This document shows, one piece after another, positions 34,558 to 48,989 of a stretch of 64,000 nucleotides of DNA (position 1 is the first letter of the stretch; each line of letters begins with the position of its first letter). The stretch is taken from assembly GCF_009914755.1 (NCBI RefSeq), contig NC_060927.1, one strand, 5' to 3'. The notes under the pieces are model-generated. The model saw only the letters and a program-made list of their open reading frames with translations. It was not told the DNA's origin and did not search any database. A program made the translations under genes and the position numbers. Origin of the DNA: the human T2T-CHM13v2.0 reference genome, Homo sapiens.

Positions 34558-34835
34558 TGTAATCCTAGCACTTTGGGAGGCTGAGGCAGGCAGATCGCTT
34601 GAGTCCAGGAGTTTGAGATTAGCCTGGGCAATGTGATGAAACCCCATCTCTACAAAAAGTACAAAAAATAGCCAGCTGTGGTGGGGCATGCCTGTAATCC
34701 CAACTACTTAGGAGGCTGAGGTGGGAGGATGGCTTGAGCCCAGGAGGTCGAGGCTGCAGTGAGCCGAGATTGTACCACTGCACTCCTGGGCGACAGAGTG
34801 AGATACTGTCTCAAAAATGGAACAAAACAAAAAAA
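34558..34835 (+). mobile_element. AluJ (5'-truncated)
   Basis: Dimer. Confidence 0.85.
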
Positions 34836-35459
34836 TCCAAAGTATTTCAAAGGTAATTATGTGCTTTTTTAAGACAAGAGCTGCTGTGCAGGCTGTGGCT
34901 TCTAAGTGAACTAATTCCTGTACTAATATGCAGGTCCCAGAAAAGCCAATGATTCATTTTGGTGTTAATGACTGGAAGTCAGGGCCAGATTTAACTGGGG
35001 ACCAGGATTGCATCTTGATACAACTATCAAACCAGGGATACTTTTTCATTTTGGCCAAAACATTGCTGTAATATCCATGATCTGCTCAGAATTTACTGAG
35101 AATCATGATGATGTTTTAGAAGGAACATTCATTCTCATGGAGTTAAGGGACTTGGGGTGTATAGTCTAGGACTTGTACCTAATTAAGATCTTGGATAAAT
35201 CATTTCACTTCTCTAGGCTTTGGAGTCTGAAGGATGAGGGGATAATGTGGATAATCTCTTGTGCCTTCTAGCTCTTCAGAAAAGAAAAAGTAAACCAGCT
35301 TGCAGCCAGTGTGTAACCTGCAACCATAAATAGACAGTTGCATGTATAAATATGCAATGTCTACATGGTGTGATTGAAAAAGTTTCTATGTGCCATGTCC
35401 CCAATATGTCCTGTCCACATAAACTCTGGCCTCATAATGTGAGTCTCTGCACAGAAGTA

Positions 35460-35670
35460 GAGCAGAGTAGCATGGTAGCAAGGAGACTGAAAGAATGCTA
35501 CTTCTGAGCTGTGTATCTTTGGGTACATTACTTAATCTCTCTGGCTCTTAGTTTCCTCATCTATAGATGAATGAGTTGAATAGCTACTCACGGGGCTGTT
35601 GAGGATTAAGTAAACTGAGTATTTGAAAGGGCTTCATAAGATAACATAATACAAATATTAATTATTAACA
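35460..35670 (+). mobile_element. MIR
   Basis: GAGCTGTGTATCTTTGGG...AGTTTCCTCATCTATA. Confidence 0.7.
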
Positions 35671-36189
35671 CTCATCCCTGTAGTGTGGGAAGTGATTTAA
35701 GATGTCAGAATTACAGTGAAATTCTGCATGCTTAATAAGAATAGAACAATAGCCTTCAAAAGAGATGAATATTCTACTTAGAACATTCAAAGACATAACG
35801 TCAACAGAGACCACTTAACTTCCTAACTCAGGAAATAGTTTATAAATAACTTGATTTTTAGAGATTGAACAATGGATTATTTGGATTATTCAGTCTTAAA
35901 TTAGGTAGGCCTTTTGTTCTCCCTCTATCTCTTGCTAATTGTACATATTAAGGTTAGAAGAAAATGAAAACCAAGAAGGTGTGCTGCCTGAGAGGGAAAC
36001 CAGTTGGCCACCAAGTGTTCTTCCCCAAGTGGCACCCTTATTGCCTTCCCCCCAGCACTTAGTCACCAGGTCATCTCTCAGGGACAGATTCACATTAGTG
36101 GAGTTCAGATGTGTAAACTAGAATTCTATTTTATTGATTTACGAGGAGACACCTTGCTGAGGAGCTGAACATCTGCATTATTTTTGCCA

Positions 36190-36700
36190 GTAAGTTGTAG
36201 ACACACAAATAACAGTTATAGAAACAGAAAAGCCAAATTATGGTGGTTTAAACAAGACAGACAATTCTCTTTCCCATAAAGGAAGTCTGGGCATATGCAA
36301 GTCCAAACCGATATAGTAATTTCAATGTGTCATTGAAATATAAGCTTTTATTCTTCTGCTCTGTCATCTTCAATCTGTAACTTCCTTTCTCAAGGTCACT
36401 CCATGGTCCAAGATGACTGCTAGAAGCCACTCATGATGTCCATGTCCCAGGCAGCAATAAGGAGTAAAGAAGAAAGAAGGATATATCCCCTGAGTTTCAA
36501 GAGACTTTCCATTAGTCCCATAAATATTTCCACTTACACTTCATTGATGAAGAGCTAGTCTCATAGCCCCATCTAGCTACAAGGGCAGTTGGGAAGTGTA
36601 GTCTTTTAGCCAGGCACATTGTTACCCCAAATAAAGTGGAGGTTCTATTATTAAGAAGGGAATGAAAAGGATGTTGAGGTAGGCATTTCTGCTGCAGCTA
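36190..36700 (-). mobile_element. MLT1 (MaLR) LTR
   Basis: GGTTTAAACAAGA...CATCTAGCTACAAGGG...GGAAGTGTAGTCTTT motifs. Confidence 0.6.
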
Positions 36701-37690
36701 CCAAATTACAATCATAAGGTGGCTGAATGAGCAAAGAGTTAGATATGTGATTTAAAGACCACATTGTTAGGCTGAGCTTCTCAAACTTCAAACACAGTTT
36801 GGCTCAAACACAGCTAAGGCTGAACTTCTCAAACTTCAGTGTGCACACGAATCACCAGGGATCTTGCTAAAATGCAGATACTGGTTCAGAATATCAGAGG
36901 TTGGGACTGAGATTCTGCATTTCTAACAAGCTCCCAGATAATGCTGGTCTGTGGATCACATTTGGAGTAGAAGGACCTAAGGCATCATTCCCAACATTAT
37001 TGGTATTTTCTCCAACAGTCAGAGGGAAGCAGGGAATGCAGCCGGAGTACTGCATGGGGAACCATGGGCTCGGGGTGCTTTGGGTGCCTGGAATTGGGGT
37101 AAGTGGACACTAGCTAAAGTTCAATGCTACAACTTGCTCTAACTGAACCTACTATAGCACCTTTCCCTTTCACAGCATCTGCCCTACATGCATACTGACT
37201 GAAATTCCTTCAAGGAGTGAGTTAAGAAAGAGGGAGGAATGAGAAACAGGGGAAGGTAGCCACTCTGGGCATCATGATCTTTACTCAGAATTCAGTCTAC
37301 TGTTTAAGAGAACAGACTTTGGTTACACTGAGGCAGGAATTTTACTTTTGCCCTGCCTTGAGAAGTGCCTTGGGTAGGATGTAAGGCCATCGAGATGGCT
37401 CCCAGACCCAAGATATCCACCTTCTACCACCCATGGAAAAAGCCAAAACTACAACACCAAATGTCTCTTGCTTTGCTTTGCTCCTACTTAGCCCAATAGA
37501 CTTCTCCAGATCACAGAGGATAATTCTTTTTGATTATATGTGGGACTCCATCAACTGCCCATTCTTACTAGTTATGCCATTGCAAAAGGGCCACATAAGA
37601 GAGACATAGGTTACTACTATATTGTAAACTCCTGGAAGGTTTTTGTTTTTTTTTGTTTGTTTGTTTGTTTTGTAAAGAAAAGCCAAAGAA

Positions 37691-38704
<1,014 letters not shown>

Positions 38705-39152
38705 TAGTTCTTGGGGTGGGACCTGAGATTCCACCTTTCTAACAAACCACCAGGTACTTCTGGTACTGCTCATCCAGGGACCACTTTTTGAGTAGTAATA
38801 GTTTTGAAACATTAAGCCCTGGATTTGCCACTAACGATATGGCCTTGAGCAAGCTACTTCACATTTCTGAGACTGAGTTTCCACACCTACAAACAGATGA
38901 GTTTGAAGATCTCTTCCCAAATTAACTCTATGATTCCAGGTCCCTGTTACCATCAACAAGTAATGCCTCTTCCCATTCTTTCATTCCTTCAACCAAAACA
39001 TTTATATACCCATCATTTGCAAGACACCAGGAATAGAAGGTTGAGTGATAGATGGATGTGCTCAGAGTTGGGCAAACAATGGACAGTTAAAGCTACCCCA
39101 TAGGGAGACATAAAGACGGTGCTAAGCAAGTCAATTGCCTCCTTAAACTGGT

Positions 39153-39265
39153 TGAGTGACCACATAATTTATTCCAAACCAAGGCACTTTTGAGAGTGAA
39201 AGAGGAGGTTATTAATAGCTACACCAGGATGACAGGCATAAACTGGGACAATCCTGGAGGCCCTA
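39153..39265 (+). mobile_element. MER81-like hAT-Blackjack
   Basis: GTGACCACATAATTTATTCCAAACC...CACTTTTGAGAGTGAAAG. Confidence 0.65.
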
Positions 39266-39301
39266 TTCTTAGGGCCCCACAAAGCCCTAGTTCCTTCCAG
39301 A

Positions 39302-39528
39302 TTTTCTTTTTTCTTTTTTTTTTTTTTTAACTTTTGTTTGAGGGTACATGCGAAGGTTTGTTACATAGGTAAACATGTGTCATCGGTGTTTGTTGTGCAG
39401 ATCATTTCGTCATTCAGGTATTAAGCCCAGTACCCAATAGTTATATTTTCTCCCTCCATGCCCCCCAATCAAGTAGACCTCAGTGTCTGTTGTTTCCTTC
39501 TTTGTGTTCATATGTTACCATTTAACTT
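39302..39528 (-). mobile_element. L1PA/L1PB 3' end
   Basis: T-run plus GGGTACATGCGAAGGTTTGTTACATAGGTAAAC...CAGGTATTAAGCCCAGTACCC. Confidence 0.8.
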
Positions 39529-39614
39529 GCCCTCCCCTCCCGTCCCCTCCCCTCCCCTCTCCTCTCCTCCCCGCACCTCCCCTCCCCTCCCCTCCCTTCC
39601 TTCCCTTCCTTTTC
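39529..39614. repeat. (CCCCT)n/(TTCC)n polypyrimidine tract derived from the retrocopy A-tail
   Basis: Lies immediately 3' (minus strand) of the POLE4 polyA signal. Confidence 0.8.
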
Positions 39615-40265
39615 TAATCAAAGACCTTTATTCTGGTCCTCATCGTGCAGTAAGCCACTTAAGCAGAACACTTTCTTCATCTCTGCTCCAAGCAGCAGCG
39701 GCTGCATCCAGGCCTGACTGGAAGACGGACACACGTTGTGGAAGATCTTGTAGGGAAAAGCCAACGGTTGAGATGGAGGCTTATACCGGTGTGAGCGAGG
39801 GTAGAACAGGAAGAGTATGTATGCAAGTGCCAAGACTGTTCTTCTCAACGCTGAAGCCTGCGGAGAGGGGCGAGCTGAAGGATGCAGATGAAGGCCGGGA
39901 ACCTGCACTGCTGAGCAATCGACCCGAAGTACCTTCCAAAAAAGCAGATTCATCCACAGCTTCTATCGCATTATCCAAATCTCTCCTCTGGAGGGTTTTC
40001 CTGTTTCCCTGTTGAGCACAGCAGTAGGCATCTTTTGCAATGGTCTCCACACACAGTTCCCCGGCTCAGGCCAGAATGACTGTTCTCTGTCCCGCCCGTG
40101 TCTCGTTGGGGTCAGCCTTCGCCAAGGCCTTCGCTGGCGCCCGAGGCAGCCTCGAGGGACGAGCCCCAGGCACTCTTGTCGGGGCTTGGGGCTGTGGGAC
40201 CTATGCCTCCCCACCAGGTCGCCCCTCCACTGCTTCCAGCTGCCCCTGAGTGCGCTGCCCGGCCA
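39615..40265 (-). pseudogene. Processed pseudogene of POLE4 (DNA polymerase epsilon subunit 4, histone fold)
   Basis: Intronless QPQAPTRVPGARPSRLPRAPAKALAKADPNETRAGQRTVILA*AGELCVETIAKDAYCCAQQGNRKTLQRRDLDNAIEAVDESAFLEGT. Premature TGA at 40068-40066, no ATG, POLE4-like 3'UTR, AATAAA at 39632-39627 and a degenerate A-tail. Confidence 0.92.
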
Positions 40266-40329
40266 CCTATTGTGTTCAGAAAAAGAAAGTTACCATTTTA
40301 TCAGTTTATCTGTTTTTGTGTGTGCTTGT

Positions 40330-40890
40330 TTGTTTTTATTTTGTTTTGTTTTGTTTTTTAGACAGAGTCTCTCTCTGTGGCCCAGGCTGGAATGCAGTGG
40401 CGCAGTCTCTGCTCACGGTATTCTCCGCCTCTCGGGTTCAAGCGATTCTCCCACCTCAGCCTCCTTGAATAGCTGGGGCCGCAAGTGCGTGCCACCACTG
40501 CCGGCTAATTTTTTTTTTTCTTTCTGTAGAGACGGGGAATCTCTCTGTATTGCCCAGGCTGGTCTCGAACTTCTGGCTTCAAGGGATCCGCCTGCCTCAG
40601 CCTCCCAAAGTGCTGGGATTACAGGCTTAATCCCACTGCAACTGGCCTGAATTAATTTTACTGTGTATATTTGAAGTTTACAGCATGATGTTATGGGATA
40701 CATATATTAATAGTAAAATGGTTGCTTCAGTGAAGCAGATGAACATATCTGTCATCTCACAGATACTTCTGTTTTGTAACAAGAGCTGCCAAAATCTACT
40801 TGTTTAACAAAAATCCCTAATACAACACAATTTTATTAACTATATCCTCACATTATACATTAGCTCTCTAGACTTGTTCATCTTACATCC
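40330..40890 (-). mobile_element. AluJ (40330-40648) followed by L1MA 3' end (40650-40890)
   Basis: Alu reverse dimer, then TGTATATTTGAAGTTTACAGCATGATG...CTCTAGACTTGTTCATCTT. Confidence 0.75.
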
Positions 40891-41494
40891 TTCCAGACCT
40901 TCAAATCCTCTTTGTCTTTCCCACTCTTCACCCATTTCTTTCCCTCCTGGCACAGGTCCTGAAATGTCCTATTGCATTACCTCAAAAGCTAGTCACAGGA
41001 GAACAATGATTTGCTCTGGCAAGGCGAAGACAGTACCAAGTCATTGCATAATCTCCACTCACATTCGGAGTTCCTGAGCAGCTGCTCTGGAGGTGGATGA
41101 AAATAACCCATCATTTCAGTTTTTATAACCCATTCAGGTGAGAATACTATTTTTAGGGCACAATAATTTAAAAGCTCTTGCTGGCCTAGGGGGAAATATC
41201 TTCAACCCTTTAGAGAAATGAAGTGGGTTCTTGTCTTTTCTTTTCTGGCCAGTGTCCAGAAAGAGTTTTTTCTTTGTAGAGACATGAAATGATTCGCTGC
41301 TTACTTGCACTGAGGGTTTTAAAAACTGGTGCTAAAAATACCCAACTTAGAAAGTTTCAGACCATTGGAATTTAGGACACCTTCCAGCATCATGGTATTC
41401 ATTTATCGAAATAAACTTAATGTCCCCTAATTTCACCTTGATTTTTTGGAGGTAAAAGTGATACCCTTTGAGTACTGTCAGATACATAAGGAAT

Positions 41495-42242
41495 GAGGTT
41501 CTCTTAGTTTGTATTTCCCCAAAGCAGACCTTGAAACAAGGATCTGGGGGCAAATAGTTTATTCAAGACCAAAGTGAGAGAGTGGGTAGGGGAGACAAGG
41601 AAGGAAGGAAAGCTAATAAAGCATATATTAATAAGAATACTTCTGCTGTAGGCAAATTTTGTTCTTGTTGTTGTTGTTCTTTTTGAGACTGTCTTGCTCT
41701 GTTGCCCAGGCTGGAGTGCAGTGGCACGATCTCGGCTCACTGCAACCTCTGCCCTCCCTGGTTCAAGTGATTCTCCTGCCTCAGCCTCCTGAGTACCTGG
41801 GATTACAGGCACGTGCTGCCATGCCCAGCTAATTTTTGAATTTTTAGTAGAGATGGGGTTTCGCCATGTCGGTCAGGCTGGTCTTGAACTCCACCTCAAG
41901 TGATCCGCCCACCTCAGCCTTCCAAAGTGCTGGGATTACAGGCATAAGCCACTGTGCCTGGCTGGCAAATGGGTTTTAATCCTGCTGAGAGTCTACTGGA
42001 ACATGCCTCAAAAGTCTCCCACTGTGGGGTGAGAGAGTTGAGGTATTTATATTCCAATGCCCATCCCTTAGTGATTGAGAGCTGCTCCTGGAACATTAAC
42101 TACCTGACACTTCTGAACTACTCTGAAGTGGACTGATCAACTCCTACTCCAAGGACAGGGAGTGTGCTAGAACAGAGAGACATAGGAAGTCCTCCAGGTA
42201 GGCAAAGAACATATGGGTGGGGCACTGACAGCATCTGCTACA
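41495..42242 (-). mobile_element. LTR16-like ERVL LTR split by AluS (41660-41962 -)
   Basis: Minus strand begins TGTAGCAGATGCTGTCAGTGCCCC; Alu TSD GGCAAAT. Confidence 0.65.
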
Positions 42243-42987
42243 AGGGTCAAATTTGGGTTCATCAATGAACCATGTATTCCTCACTTAAGACATATAGTAT
42301 GGTCATTTGGAAAACCATTTTTGCCTTGCAAAGTCTGTTTGCCTTTAATAAAGTAGCAGAAAATCCAGCTGTATGTACTAGCTGTGGAGCAAGCACAATG
42401 TGGAATTAAAGGCCTCATCATTTGCAATTCCCATCCCCCAACTCCAGCGGCACTAAGAGTAAATGAGATCACCCTCTCTCTTTAGTGTCAGCACAAGTCT
42501 GGGCAGAAGATGACACCACTGACACTCAAAAACTGAGACAGCAGCATTTGCAAGATACAGGAAAGAATAGGGCTCGGACTCCATCATTATATCTAGACAA
42601 TGCAAGTAGCAATGCTAATTACCTATGATAGCCATGACAATTAAATCCAGTGAGTAAAAGATGTCCAGAATAGTGCCTGGTGCCCATATTAGAACTCTCG
42701 CAGACAAATACGAAGGCCCAAATATGTACTGTTTTAATTCTTCTGAAAAGAAAAAACACTTGTTTTTTTTTCCTGTTTATAAAAATAAGACATATTTCTG
42801 GTATTTGTAGAAAATGTAGAAAATACAGAAAAAGATAAAGGGGAAAACTAGAATTCCATCTTATGATCTTTGATAAATAAATATATATATAAAAGTTTAA
42901 ATATATAAATTTCAGCTCTTTTATAATATAATTGTATATTGGAACCAGTTGGATCTTTCTACATACAGCATATGGTTTTATTTCCTG

Positions 42988-43311
42988 TGTTTTTTTTTTG
43001 TTTTTGTTTTTGTTTTTCGAGATGGAGTTTTGCACTTGTCACCCAGGCTGGAGTGCAGTGGCATGATCCTGGCTCCTGGCTCACTGCAACCTCTATCTCC
43101 TGGGTTCAAGCGATTCTCCTGCCTCAGCCCCTGTGAAGAGCTGGGGTTACAGGCATGCACCACTGCGCCCAGCTAATTTTTGTATTTTTAGTAGAGATGG
43201 GGTTTCACCATGTAGCCAGGTTGGTCTTGAACTCCTGACCTCAGGTGACCCGCCTGCCTCAGCCTCTGAAAGTGCTGGGATTAAAAGCATGAGCCACCGC
43301 ATGCCTGGCCC
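42988..43311 (-). mobile_element. AluS within old L1
   Basis: Reverse dimer. Confidence 0.85.
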
Positions 43312-44188
43312 GTATCCTGTTTTTCATATGGTGTATAATAGGCTGTACAATTAATTCTGTATGCCACTGAACATTCTTTGAAATATTGCTATTGTCCGAA
43401 TCATATTTAATCAGCTGGATGTTCCATAAATCATTTGGTGATTCTTCTGTGAATTTCCATTTACAGTAACTGTGGTGAACACTTTTGTACTGACCACTTG
43501 GCATCTGAGTATTTAGTTGGGATGTACTCTCAGATGTGAGATTACAGAGTCAAAAGTTAAGAAGGCCAAAAGTCTGGGACTGAGTTGTAAGGGACCATCT
43601 CCTATCAGTGGTCTTCAGTGGAAATCTGTGACATACAGAGATGACTCCCCTTGGCTGTGGAGTTGCAGGCCAGATCTGCCACCATATAGAATCAGAGACC
43701 TCAAGCTTGTAGAAACCCTGGAGATTATCTCCCCCCACACCCTCTTTGCTTTTCTGATAAAGGAACTGAATTTCAAAGAGGCTAAGTCATTTGCAATTTT
43801 TGGCTATTATTTACCATTTCTTTTGGACACACATGTAAGCCCTTGACAAGCCTCTCTGAGAGAGCACAAATGGACCAGACTTGGCCAGGCCATCAGACTC
43901 TGGTCTTGGGTTGTTTTTAGATATTAAATTACATCATGACACAGAAGATAGAATGGCTAGACAGCTGGCTTCCCCGCCAGAAGGGAGGATATGCTCTTCT
44001 AGTTCTCAGGAGCCTGAAAGGGTACCTCCTTCATCAGCTGACTACACATAAGATAAACTATCTCTTCCTACACTTGGAAGAACCACGAGGTTTGGTGGAC
44101 TGCCTTGGAGCAAAAATAAACCTTCAGGAGAAACAGTCCACTGGGTCAGACTGAGTCAATAAAACCCACACTGGAAAGGGCAAAGTGC

Positions 44189-44528
<340 letters not shown>

Positions 44529-45516
44529 TTATTAAATGGGGATTTGGACTCTTAGATATAGGATGTATTTTGCAGACATTGTCACAGCCGTACTTATATT
44601 TCCAAAAACATCAACCACTTTCTACAGCAAGCACCTGAGAAGTTTTATCTAAGAGCTTTCTCTAACTTCAGGAGCCTGAAGTTAGAGAAGCCTTGGTCAG
44701 GCCCATCAGGCTCTCCTCTACCAATTCTTTCTGGCATCAGCCCCAACTCACATCCTTTTGTTCAGGTCTGCCTCTTGGGAAACCCAACTGAAGACGATCT
44801 AGCCCTTTGAGAGTAATTGCAGGAAACCCTGATAAGAGAAACCAGTTAGTGTAGCAGATAACCATTGTTACAGATGTTAGATTCAGCAGACAAGCACATT
44901 CAAACCACTACTCTAACTGTTTTCCATGTGTTCGAAAAACTAGAGGGAAGATTGACCATGTGAAGAAGACATGGAAGATATTTTAAAAGCCCAGTGGAAT
45001 TTCTCCAGATGAAACAGAAAAAGGGAAGCAACTCAGAAAAAATGCAGGCAATGGCTGCGGTGGAGAAGGATCCCAGGCTGAGAGGCAGAAGCCAAATTAT
45101 AATTGTTACAATTAGGGTCAGGTACATAAAACAGGAAGAAAAATTAGCAGTAGCTTAAACAAGAGAGGTTATTCCTCTCTCATGTAAAATAAATTTTACA
45201 GTGCAAAGCTGAAGGAGAGAGTAAGAAACAATAAAGGAACCAAAAAGATCACCAATAAAGGAACAAGATTTATACTAGCATCACATTATCATCATGAGAA
45301 GTCTTAGAAATTCTGTCTCCTCTTTCTACAGAAGAAAGACGTAGTATATCAGAAACAGTGAAACTTCCCAAGGAGAACTATGAAAAGAGACTCTAAGATA
45401 CCAGCTATTTAAGCAGCCTAAACACATCCAGTTCACATTCGATCAAAACCTCAGTGAGCTCCCACAAGAATGCTTTCAAGAAGCATAGAATAAATTTTGA
45501 GCAACAGAAAATAATA

Positions 45517-46220
<704 letters not shown>

Positions 46221-47349
46221 GAATATTCAAGTGATTACATGATTACAGAGGTCATGACATTGATTGGCCCTGTTGTGAAGGAAATGTACTTCTGTCATCC
46301 CACTTGACTCAGCCAGGAGTAATATTTGCAAAATAATGTAAACTCTGTTTCTTGAATTTCAGCATTTAGGAATAACATGGATGGTTGAACCCATGGATAC
46401 AGAGGGCCAACTGCACATACAATGAATGCTTGAAGTGCACTGATCTTCAGTGAACAGCTCACTGACTCTTTACAGGTGTGTATACTAGAGCAGCTATCAC
46501 TCAGATGGAGACATAGAACATCACCAGCACCCCAAAACATTTCCTCATGCTCCTTCCCCATCGATCCACCTCTTCCTAGAAATAATCCCTATTCTAACTT
46601 CTATCACCATTGATCTGTTTTGCCTGTTCTTGATCTTCAGATAAATCAAAAAGTATATTTTCTTGTGTTTGTCTTTTTTCACCAAACATAATGAAAATTA
46701 TTTCTATTGCTGCTACCTCAGTAGTTTATTCTTTTTATTGCAGTGTGGTATTCCATCATATGACTAGTCTAGAAACTGGGTTTTGCCATGTTGTCCATGC
46801 AGGTCTCAAACTCGTGAGCTCAAGCGATCCGCCCACCTCAGACTCCAAAGTGCTGAAATTATAGGCATGAGCCACCATGCCTGGTCAGCATTGGGGAGTT
46901 TCAAGAACTATTCCAGCAAAGGAGGGGAACTTCACCACCGCTGCATGTCCTAGCCTTGGAAGTCAGGCAGCATTGCTTCTGCTGTGTTCTCTTTGTTACA
47001 AGTAAGTCACCAACACACCCAGATTCAAGGGTAAGGAAAATAAAATCTACCTTTTGGTAGGTGAGTGGCAATATGCTAGATGAGCATGTGGGAGATCCTT
47101 TGCAGCCAATTTTGGAAAAATACACTCAACCATGCTGTCCCATACCCAGTTTTTTTTCTCCATCGTCCTTTTTCTTATTGGATATTATCTTATTTATTTA
47201 TTTGTGTTTAGTGAACCACCTCCCTTTACTGGAATATATGCCCTGAAATGGCAAAAACTCTCTCTGTTATTCTCTACCCTCTCACCAGTACCTGAAGGTG
47301 CTTGTACATAGTAGGTAATAAACATGTTGATTAAAATAGTAAAAATTTT

Positions 47350-47654
<305 letters not shown>

Positions 47655-47865
47655 GTAAGAATTTTGTATCAGGGAAGAAGTAGATGCCTCTGGTCAATAA
47701 ACCAATTAATAGAACTACAAGAATATTTTTAGACATGTGGACCTAACCGCTCAAAGAACTAAAACCAGAATTAGTTTTAAGGAGTTGCCTGTAGGGTACA
47801 AGATGGGAAGAGGAAAGATAGGGCAGAGGGTTAGTGCCGTTCTGTGGCATGTGTACGTATGACAA

Positions 47866-48212
47866 TTTGTTTTGTTTTGTTTTTGAGACAGGGTCTCGCT
47901 CTGTCTCTTAGGCTGGAGTGCAGTGGCACAATCTTGGCTCACTGCAACCTCTGCCTCCCGGGCTGAGGCAAGCGATCCTCCCACTTCAGCCTCCTTGAGT
48001 AGCTGGGACTTCAGGCACCTGCCACCACTCACAGCTAATTTTTTGTATCTTTTGTAGAGATGGGATCTTGCCACATTTGTAGAGATGGGGTCTTGCCATG
48101 TTGCCCCGGCTGGTCTTGAACTCTTGGACTCAAAGTGATCCGCCCACCTTGGCCTCCCAAATTCCCAAAGCTGCTGTCTCCTGCAGCTTAACACCCAACA
48201 CCATGCCTGGCC
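47866..48212 (-). mobile_element. Rearranged AluJ
   Basis: TSD CGTATGACA; internal duplication and a foreign 30-mer. Confidence 0.85.
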
Positions 48213-48267
48213 CGTATGACAGTTTTTAAAATCCATGTACTTATATTTCTTAGATATTGAAAATTTG

Positions 48268-48488
48268 CTACCTGCACCTGCTGTGTTCCCACCCTCTGGA
48301 GACCTGGGAACCTGGCTGCAGCCTGGGAAGGCTGGAGAAGCAGATGGCAGCACCCACCAGCTCCTCTCCCTGTCCCACCTCTTCCCTGGGGAACCAGACC
48401 CTACCTGTGTGGTGGTGGGTGGGCTGATTGTCAAGACATGTGTCATATACATTTTTATCAAAAATAAAGAAGTGACTATGAAAAAAAA
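48268..48488 (+). pseudogene. 5'-truncated retrocopy of an unidentified mRNA 3'UTR
   Basis: GC-rich island in AT-rich L1 context, AATAAA at 48463-48468, A8 tail at 48481, 9-bp TSD GAAAATTTG (48259-48267 / 48489-48497). Confidence 0.7.
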
Positions 48489-48989
48489 GAAAATTTGAAA
48501 AGATTAAATTTTTAGAAAGGTGATTGTAGAAAATGTGGAAAAACTAGAAGAGAATACAAAGGAATAAAGTATTATTTGTAATCCTGCCACCTAGAAAGAG
48601 CCACTGTAAACAGTTTGGTCTATTATCTTCTTGTCGAAATTAAAATAGACAGTTCTGTGTCTTGCCTTTCCCTTTTCCATTCATTAATTCTCTTTTTGAT
48701 CTAGTGCTAAGAGTCATACTCATTAATTCTGTTATGAGGATTTGCACTGGGCCAGAAATGCTGCCTGACAAACGTATTTGACCTAAGGTTAAAAATTCTG
48801 TTAGTTCTTGTTTCTCCTGCTAGAGGACTGCATAATTATACCCTTTATCTTTTCCTCTCTCCACCCTTGCAGTCCACCCGCACAATCCTGCTTAACCCAC
48901 TCTTAACCCTGCTGTCTTCCCCTTGTTCAGGGACTGCTTGAGCCCATCATTATCTCGTTCTCCTCAGCCACAGGACAGCAGTGTGTGTC

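Noticed and set aside
39781-40050. 89-aa POLE4-like ORF as a functional retrogene
   Set aside because: It starts at an internal GTG after an in-frame TGA, lacks the N-terminal half of the histone fold, and reads through the lost stop into UTR.
40012-40650. 212-aa + strand ORF
   Set aside because: Antisense to the pseudogene and runs into an Alu.
47751-48461. 236-aa minus ORF
   Set aside because: Mosaic of antisense retrocopy and Alu sequence.
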